The notes under the pieces: model-generated | The model's input: the letters and a program-made list of their open reading frames with translations, nothing else | What the model was told of the DNA's origin: nothing | Databases searched by the model: none | From: Promethearchaeota archaeon | GTDB taxonomy: Archaea; Asgardarchaeota; Hermodarchaeia; Hermodarchaeales; Hermodarchaeaceae | Assembly: GCA_048939625.1 (NCBI GenBank) | Contig: JBHLPH010000002.1 | Location: forward strand, 87,559-151,558 | Reading direction: 5' to 3' | DNA length: 64,000 nt | Translations under genes and position numbers: made by a program | Shown: piece by piece, positions 58,249-64,000 of the stretch | Layout of the letters: every line of letters begins with the position of its first letter | Numbering within the stretch: position 1 is the first letter of the stretch

Positions 58249-58758
58249 ATGGGTGTCAAAGGTTGGATTGGTTGGCACTTCAAGATGCAAAAAACCTCAT
58301 TGAACGCGTTCCAAGCCTTGGTCGCAGCAGTGATAGATGATGTGCTACAGAGCAGTAAAGGCGACATAAATATGGCAAACGAAAAGCTCTTGCGGCTAGG
58401 TAGCGCAATGGCTGAAACCCTGTTGTTTGAATACAGCGATACAATTGGACAACACGCGACCACCTTTGATGGATTTCTTGAAACATTCACCTTAGCTACC
58501 AGGGTTATGCTTGGTAGAGCCTTTGACAATGCCTACTACGATAAGGCAGAAAGAAAAATCGTCTATGTTTTTGAAGACTGCCCAATTTGTCAAAATATCC
58601 GCATGTCTGATGAATTTCGTGGCCTCAAATATTGTAACATTCTCAGTGGTGTCTTTCAACACGTTCTGACCCTGCGTGGCTTTAGTAGCGAATGTGAAGA
58701 AGTGCAATGCCGAACGTGGGGAGACGACGCCTGTGTTTGGGAGCTTCGAGAGAAGTAG
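58249..58758 (+). CDS. Bet3/TRAPP-like V4R-fold protein
   Basis: Aligns by eye along its length with eukaryotic Bet3; retains the V4R Cys pattern CP...C...C...GDDAC; start may be ATG at 58285. Confidence 0.8.
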   Translation: MGVKGWIGWHFKMQKTSLNAFQALVAAVIDDVLQSSKGDINMANEKLLRLGSAMAETLLFEYSDTIGQHATTFDGFLETFTLATRVMLGRAFDNAYYDKAERKIVYVFEDCPICQNIRMSDEFRGLKYCNILSGVFQHVLTLRGFSSECEEVQCRTWGDDACVWELREK

Positions 58759-58852
58759 AGTATTATTTACCTACCTGAATTCTGTCATAGCACTCGATTT
58801 TGAAATTGGGAAGAAAGTTTGATAAGTGAACTGATGAGAGAGACACGATGAA

Positions 58853-60142
58853 GTGAACAGCGTGTCGAAAAAGACATCAGCCATTAGTGGATTTTACCGT
58901 CTATCAATTCGTGAGCGGGTTGAGAAACTGCGCGCTTTTGCTAACCTTTCAGATGAGGAGGTTTCCATCTTAGAAGCCTTCGGGGCGTTAGATCCAGCCA
59001 CTGCGAATCGGATGATAGAGAATGTTGTAGGGTCTTACGGTTTTCCCTTAGGCATTGCAACAAATTTCAAAATAAACGGGGAGGACTATCTCATTCCAAT
59101 GGTCCTTGAGGAACCTTCAGTGGTAGCAGCAGCTTCTAATGCTGCCCGTATGGCTCGTGAAACAGGAGGCTTCATAGCCACAGCAACCGATCCCGTAATG
59201 ATTGGGCAAATTCAGGTTGCTGATATTCCTGATTTAGAAAAGGCCCTTGAATCTTTGATTCACCAGAGAGTAAATTTACTCAAGGTTGCAAATGCCCAAG
59301 ACCCTGTTCTCGTCAAATTTGGAGGAGGAGCCCGTGACCTTCAAGTTCGAAAGATCGATACGATAATGGGGCCCATGTTGGTTGTTCATCTTTTAGTCGA
59401 TGCCCGTGATGCAATGGGCGCAAATGCGGTCAACACAATGTGTGAAGCCCTTGCACCCTTAATCGAGGATTTTACCAAAGGGAAAGTGTATTTACGAATA
59501 CTTTCGAATCTCGCAGTGCATCGATTAGCGCGCGCAGAAGCAATCTTTCCTGCAAAGGCACTTGGAGGGCCAAAGGTTGTGGAAGGAATTTTGAAAGCCT
59601 ATGCTTTCGCCCAGGCAGACCCGTATCGTTGTGCAACGCATAATAAGGGGATAATGAATGGTATCGATGCAGTACTGTTAGCTACTGGACAAGATTTTCG
59701 CGCAGTGGAAGCAGGCGCTCACACCTACGCTGCTACGCAAAGTGGTGGATATCAATCCCTTACGCAGTATGAAGAAACAGCAGAGGGAGATCTCCGAGGT
59801 ACGATTGAACTCCCCATGGCTGTGGGACTAGTTGGAGGAGCAACACGAACCCATCCTGTCGCGCGATTATGTGTGAAAATCTTGGGTGTCAAAACTGCTA
59901 CAGAACTTGCTCAAATCATTGTCAGTGTAGGTCTAGCACAAAACCTTGCAGCTTTACGCGCTCTAAGTCAGGAAGGGATTCAAACAGGTCATATGAAGCT
60001 TCACGCACGGAACCTTGCTGTAGCAGCAGGGGCATCGAGAGATGAAGTAGACCAGGTTGCTAAAAAGATGATTGCGGAAAAACGGGTTCGATATGATCAA
60101 GCAGAAGAAATCCTCGCTGAGCTTCGAAAGAAAAAGCCATGA
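58853..60142 (+). CDS. mvaA: Class II HMG-CoA reductase
   Basis: IENVVG, EEPSVVAA, DAMGANAVN, THNKGIMNG, GIQTGHMKLH. Confidence 0.95.
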   Translation: MNSVSKKTSAISGFYRLSIRERVEKLRAFANLSDEEVSILEAFGALDPATANRMIENVVGSYGFPLGIATNFKINGEDYLIPMVLEEPSVVAAASNAARMARETGGFIATATDPVMIGQIQVADIPDLEKALESLIHQRVNLLKVANAQDPVLVKFGGGARDLQVRKIDTIMGPMLVVHLLVDARDAMGANAVNTMCEALAPLIEDFTKGKVYLRILSNLAVHRLARAEAIFPAKALGGPKVVEGILKAYAFAQADPYRCATHNKGIMNGIDAVLLATGQDFRAVEAGAHTYAATQSGGYQSLTQYEETAEGDLRGTIELPMAVGLVGGATRTHPVARLCVKILGVKTATELAQIIVSVGLAQNLAALRALSQEGIQTGHMKLHARNLAVAAGASRDEVDQVAKKMIAEKRVRYDQAEEILAELRKKKP

Positions 60143-60241
60143 CACAACAATTTCTTATAGACCTCATTACTTCATATTTAGTTGAAACACCCGATGTGTG
60201 GCTGCACAAGGGTGACACAGGCTCTTGCGGTGATGTGCTAA

Positions 60242-61168
60242 ATGAAGCAATACCTTGGGATGATTGAAATCCTTGGTGAAGGGGGCGAAATGCAACCCCT
60301 GCATTGGAATCCAAAACATCTTGTTGATGGTCGTGCCATCCTCATCGTTGATGAGGCTGAAGGTATCGTATGGGTGTGGTTAGGACGAGGAACCTCGATG
60401 CTCCAACGAACAACCGCCCTTCGGCAGGCGCGCTTTATTATGAAAAATGGAACACATGTAGACGAAATTCATTATGGCACCAAATGCACAACTTTCATTG
60501 AGGTGCCTGGTGATTTACAGAATCCAAAGACCTCACTATTACAGAAACTTCTCGAAACGCATCAAAAGACCTCAGATTTTCTTGTGGTCATTGATGAGGA
60601 AGCACCAATTTCCACCTTTGAAGAAACTTTTCAGGAAAAGGTTGAGGTCATTGAGCAGACTATTGTTCCTGAACCAGTCCGTAAAGCCACTCCGATTCGG
60701 CGACGAATTTTGACATATGAGGAACAACTTGCCTCAAAGGTTCTTTTTGCGGTTGCTGATTGTTATGGACAAGCGAATATGATCCCGGTTGGTCCCAATG
60801 AATTTCAGGTTTCTGTTCTGCGATTACAATTACGATTCTTCTGTCAAGGCGAAGCAATACTTTTCTCAGAAATTCGAGCCGCTGCACAGGAAGACATCAA
60901 TGCATTTGTACGTTGTTTTGGCCAACAACCTCAATTGACAGCAGAGGGACAATTGATAGTCACTTCACCGGGACCCATCTCAGAATCAGCGCCCTCTGAG
61001 GATTCTAAGCCGGTTTCAGTGGTTGAATCAATGCGTGAACAATTATCGCAGATAACTCAGAATCCTCAGAATGAAGAGGACGAAGCGACGCTTGAAGAGA
61101 ATGAAGAGGAGGCACCAGAAAGAGAGGAGGAGAAAGGCGGATCCTCTGATTTCGAACTGTTCAGCTAG
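60242..61168 (+). CDS. Gelsolin-like-domain protein with a second alpha/beta domain and acidic tail
   Basis: AILIVDEAEGIVWVWLGRGTSMLQRTTALRQARFI fits the gelsolin strand-strand-WxG-long-helix core; E-rich tail ends DFELFS. Confidence 0.65.
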   Translation: MKQYLGMIEILGEGGEMQPLHWNPKHLVDGRAILIVDEAEGIVWVWLGRGTSMLQRTTALRQARFIMKNGTHVDEIHYGTKCTTFIEVPGDLQNPKTSLLQKLLETHQKTSDFLVVIDEEAPISTFEETFQEKVEVIEQTIVPEPVRKATPIRRRILTYEEQLASKVLFAVADCYGQANMIPVGPNEFQVSVLRLQLRFFCQGEAILFSEIRAAAQEDINAFVRCFGQQPQLTAEGQLIVTSPGPISESAPSEDSKPVSVVESMREQLSQITQNPQNEEDEATLEENEEEAPEREEEKGGSSDFELFS

Positions 61169-61207
61169 TCTTCACATTTGTTATCTCAGCCATAGGAGCC
61201 TTAGGCA

Positions 61208-62614
61208 TTGGAACTAACCATTCACGGTGCAGGACAGACTGTCACAGGAAGTTTATTTCAGGTAAAAACACAATCAGTATCGTTTCTTATTGATTGTGGG
61301 CTGTTTCAAGGAAATGCTGCAGAGAAGGTAAAACGGAATTCCGCTTTTAGATTCGATGCATCGAAAATTAATTTTGTGGTATTATCGCATGCGCATTTAG
61401 ACCATTGTGGGCGTCTGCCCATTTTGATGCAATCTGGTTTTCGTGGACCAATCTACGTTACCTCTGCTACCGCAGAACTTTGCGCACTTTTACTAAGAGA
61501 TGTTGCAGAATGTGAAGAAGAAGACGCAGCACGAGCAGAAAGCCGTCGAAAGTCATCGCAGATACATCAAGACTATGATTTTCAACCATTGTTTACCACT
61601 CATGATGCTGAAAACGTGATCAAGCTATTCCGTGTAATGAAATACGGAGTAAAGAAAAGCATCCCTGGCAATATCACACTCCAATTTCGCGATGCAGGTC
61701 ATATCCTGGGATCAGCTATTGTTGAACTATGGATTGAAGAACGAGATAAAGTGATTCATCTAGTTGGCTCAGGTGATGTTGGGCGGAAGAGTGCGCCTAT
61801 CATTCGGGATCCTGATTTTCCTAGTTCAGCCCGGTATTTGCTCTGTGAATCCACTTATGCGAATCGCACCCATGAACACTTATCAAAGACTATCAAAAGG
61901 TTTGAACGAATCATCATCAAAGCCTATCGGCATCGAAGCCATATACTGGTTCCAGCCTTTGCTATCGGTCGGACTCAGGCCTTAATTTATGCACTCAATC
62001 TCCTCGTTGAAAACGCGAGGATTCCTGTCATTCCTGTTGCAATAGATTCCCCGCTAGCTATCAAGGCAACAGAGATATTCAGAAGACACCGCGAATGCTT
62101 TGACGAAGAAACCTGGGATCTAATCGAATCGGGTGATGCCCCTCTTGATTTCAAGGGTTTGCAGTATGTCGAACGCCAATATGATAGTGATAATTTAAGC
62201 CAGCAGCAAGGTCCAATTATGATTATCGCGGGTTCAGGCATGATGAATGGTGGTCGCATTCTGAGACATCTCTATCGGCGCATTGAAGATAAAAATACCC
62301 ATATCATGATAATTGGATTTCAAGCTCCAGGAACTCTCGGTCATCGAATTGTCCATGGAGCTCACTCTGTCACAATCTATGGAAAAAGGAAACGAGTTAG
62401 GGCCCAGCTTGAGCGATTATATGGATTTTCTGCCCATGCAGATAAGACTGAATTAAAGGCGTTTCTGACAATGCTTCGAGAACATCCGCCCCAATCCGTT
62501 TTCTGCGTTCATGGAAGCTCACAGGCATGTAAAAGTCTAGCAAATACGGCGCGACGTCTTTTAGGAGTCCCCGCAATAGCCCCCCGAATAGGCCAACGAT
62601 TTATTCTCGGATAA
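61208..62614 (+). CDS. Beta-CASP ribonuclease, bacterial-type (TTHA0252-like)
   Basis: GAGQTVTGS, DCGLFQG, SHAHLDHCG, AGHILGS, ESTY, FAIGRTQ, FSAHAD, VHG. Confidence 0.9.
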   Translation: MELTIHGAGQTVTGSLFQVKTQSVSFLIDCGLFQGNAAEKVKRNSAFRFDASKINFVVLSHAHLDHCGRLPILMQSGFRGPIYVTSATAELCALLLRDVAECEEEDAARAESRRKSSQIHQDYDFQPLFTTHDAENVIKLFRVMKYGVKKSIPGNITLQFRDAGHILGSAIVELWIEERDKVIHLVGSGDVGRKSAPIIRDPDFPSSARYLLCESTYANRTHEHLSKTIKRFERIIIKAYRHRSHILVPAFAIGRTQALIYALNLLVENARIPVIPVAIDSPLAIKATEIFRRHRECFDEETWDLIESGDAPLDFKGLQYVERQYDSDNLSQQQGPIMIIAGSGMMNGGRILRHLYRRIEDKNTHIMIIGFQAPGTLGHRIVHGAHSVTIYGKRKRVRAQLERLYGFSAHADKTELKAFLTMLREHPPQSVFCVHGSSQACKSLANTARRLLGVPAIAPRIGQRFILG

Positions 62615-62631
62615 AAAAAGAGATTGGAACC

Positions 62632-62874
62632 CTACGCGTGGGTTGAAACTTTTTCTACTCGAAGCCATGGATTTTGGCGGGTGAACTCAAAGAGCGACTG
62701 AGTGAAACGTTCCAAATCATCGAGTTCGATGACAAAATTGAACCGCCCGTCTCCTAGAGGTAGTTTGCTAATAATCCGTCCATGTTGGTTGAGGAGAAGA
62801 TTAATCCATCCTGTTTTCGTTGCGTTTTCTTCACGTGTCGAACCTCGATAGGATAGGGAGATATTTGCTTTCAT
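62632..62874 (-). CDS. Small hypothetical protein (80 aa, possibly ferredoxin-like alpha/beta fold)
   Basis: Fills the intergenic gap; GTGAGG SD-like motif upstream of the ATG. Confidence 0.55.
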   Translation of the reverse strand: MKANISLSYRGSTREENATKTGWINLLLNQHGRIISKLPLGDGRFNFVIELDDLERFTQSLFEFTRQNPWLRVEKVSTHA

Positions 62875-62918
62875 CGGATAGCCTCACCAGTATGTCTTTT
62901 CTTGGCATCCGAGCCGAC

Positions 62919-63548
62919 TTAAACCTTTCCAAAAAGGCTCAGGAGGCTTAATTCCAGAGTATTATCGGAAGGCACCTTGGCTGGAGGCGCGTGAAAGGCG
63001 CTGAAATAGTATGCCACCAAATCATAGGCAATATCAAAAGCCCAAAACGCAGCAGTATGAAAGATCGTTAACCAACCGAAGAAAGGGAGAAGTAATACGG
63101 TGATTTTCAGTATTGGACGATGAGCGAATATATAGTAAAACAATTTGCTCTGGAACTTGGAGGACCTTGAGTGCAGCAATTCATCCAGCGCTGAAGTAAC
63201 AATGACCAAGACCAAAGTAGGAAGGATGAGCAGGAAAATAGCCGGTTCTAAAATCCGGAACACGCTGATGGGAAAAACAAACACTGCGAGAGTAATGAAG
63301 TATATATTGTCAACTTTCCGAGCGATAATCAATCCCACTACAAGAGCTAACACGAGAACAGCTGAGTAGATATCAAACAACACTAGTAAATTTACAAGAC
63401 AGGCTAGCCCAATAGTAACAACCCAGATATGAAGGGGACGAAATGAAGGTAGAGCAGCTGTGTCAGCCACAGAATCTATGAGTTTAATGCCAGCGCCTAT
63501 GACGGCATAGGACCCAACTAGCACTAAGGCAAAAAGAAAAACACTCAT
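62919..63548 (-). CDS. Polytopic membrane protein with intramembrane acidic motifs, unknown function
   Basis: About 7 hydrophobic helices; KLIDSVAD, KVDN, ALDE, AFDIAYD. Confidence 0.7.
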   Translation of the reverse strand: MSVFLFALVLVGSYAVIGAGIKLIDSVADTAALPSFRPLHIWVVTIGLACLVNLLVLFDIYSAVLVLALVVGLIIARKVDNIYFITLAVFVFPISVFRILEPAIFLLILPTLVLVIVTSALDELLHSRSSKFQSKLFYYIFAHRPILKITVLLLPFFGWLTIFHTAAFWAFDIAYDLVAYYFSAFHAPPAKVPSDNTLELSLLSLFGKV

Positions 63549-63574
63549 TTTTTTAGCCTAGAATCATCGTTGGA

Positions 63575-64000
63575 TTATCCAGCCAGGGATTTAAGTTCGT
63601 GAGCAACGAGCTCTTTGAGTTCTTTTGGTGTCTTGGGATCCCATTTGAAGGATAATCGGCCTTTAGACCGTTTCATTTTGTGGCTAAGTCCATCGACGCT
63701 TTCAATAATTACTTCCTCAGAATCCCCTTTACCCTTGTATTCAATGTGCACTTGCTTATGAACCCGAATGATGGCCATCAAGGCAGCTTCCAAATCTAGT
63801 TTTGTGACTTTCCTTGGAGCGGCAGGAGTAGGGGTAGCGACAGTAGGTTGTACCGATACTTCTTCTGTGGGCGTTGGAGCACCTGTGACCACTGGGGCTG
63901 TTGGCGCACCTCCTTGAAGGTGTCCTATAATCAGTGTGCCTTTCGGATTTGCTATCGACTGCACTTCCATAGGTGATTCTAACAAGGCGATAAGGGTTGA
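63575..64000 (-). CDS. C-terminal part of a probable paralogue of the 60242 gelsolin-like protein; 5'-truncated by the window edge
   Basis: Frame open to base 64000 (STLIALLESPM...). Pro/Thr linker then helix-plus-strands domain (AALMAIIRVHKQVHI...) resembling KVLFAVADCYGQANM... of 60242. Confidence 0.55.
   Translation of the reverse strand, partial: STLIALLESPMEVQSIANPKGTLIIGHLQGGAPTAPVVTGAPTPTEEVSVQPTVATPTPAAPRKVTKLDLEAALMAIIRVHKQVHIEYKGKGDSEEVIIESVDGLSHKMKRSKGRLSFKWDPKTPKELKELVAHELKSLAG

Noticed and set aside
58853-60142. Class II (bacterial-type) HMG-CoA reductase as a novelty
   Set aside because: Already known from several archaeal lineages such as Archaeoglobus and Thermoplasmatales.
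1-64000. Genome-wide TAG recoding
   Set aside because: Several intact genes (3647, 28850, 33253, 41389, 45419, 58758, 61168) end in TAG at the expected family length; any read-through at 7045 would be local.
1-64000. CRISPR arrays, tRNA/rRNA genes, IS elements, prophage
   Set aside because: No regularly spaced repeats, cloverleaf signatures, transposase, integrase or capsid-like ORFs seen by eye; a formal scan could still find short or intron-containing RNAs.

Overview
Gene-dense archaeal chromosomal segment, most likely from an Asgard archaeon. This is an inference from a Bet3/TRAPP-like protein, two gelsolin-like-domain proteins, archaeal thiolase/DUF35 pairs, Fae and GAGGTG/AGGTGA Shine-Dalgarno motifs. 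No rRNA, tRNA, CRISPR array, transposase or integrase was recognised. The dominant feature is a ~22.5-kb co-oriented array (10650-33094, minus strand) of four giant type I membrane proteins (about 2100, 2100, 1600 and 1400 aa). Each has a signal peptide, a variable lectin-like head, a stalk of roughly 12/12/8/4 Ig-like repeats, one TM helix and a strongly conserved cytoplasmic tail (IPWxVRKMRKM ... QKLELF ... QMADGTRF) with 2-3 copies of a ~35-aa helical module. It is the best candidate for an undescribed system: a variable-ectodomain, constant-tail receptor/adhesin family. The flanks carry acyl-CoA metabolism (three thiolase systems, two crotonases, FadD, an intact and a degenerate ADP-forming acyl-CoA synthetase alpha), a DapA-family aldolase-Fae fusion, peptidases/TldDE, a radical SAM protein, a sirtuin, an FGGY kinase with a LarA homologue, class II HMG-CoA reductase and two beta-CASP nucleases. 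Also found: an Lrp/AsnC-domain gene missed by the ORF track, a broken LeuA-family gene and a hairpin-rich intergenic element. All family calls come from motif recognition by eye; no searches were run.
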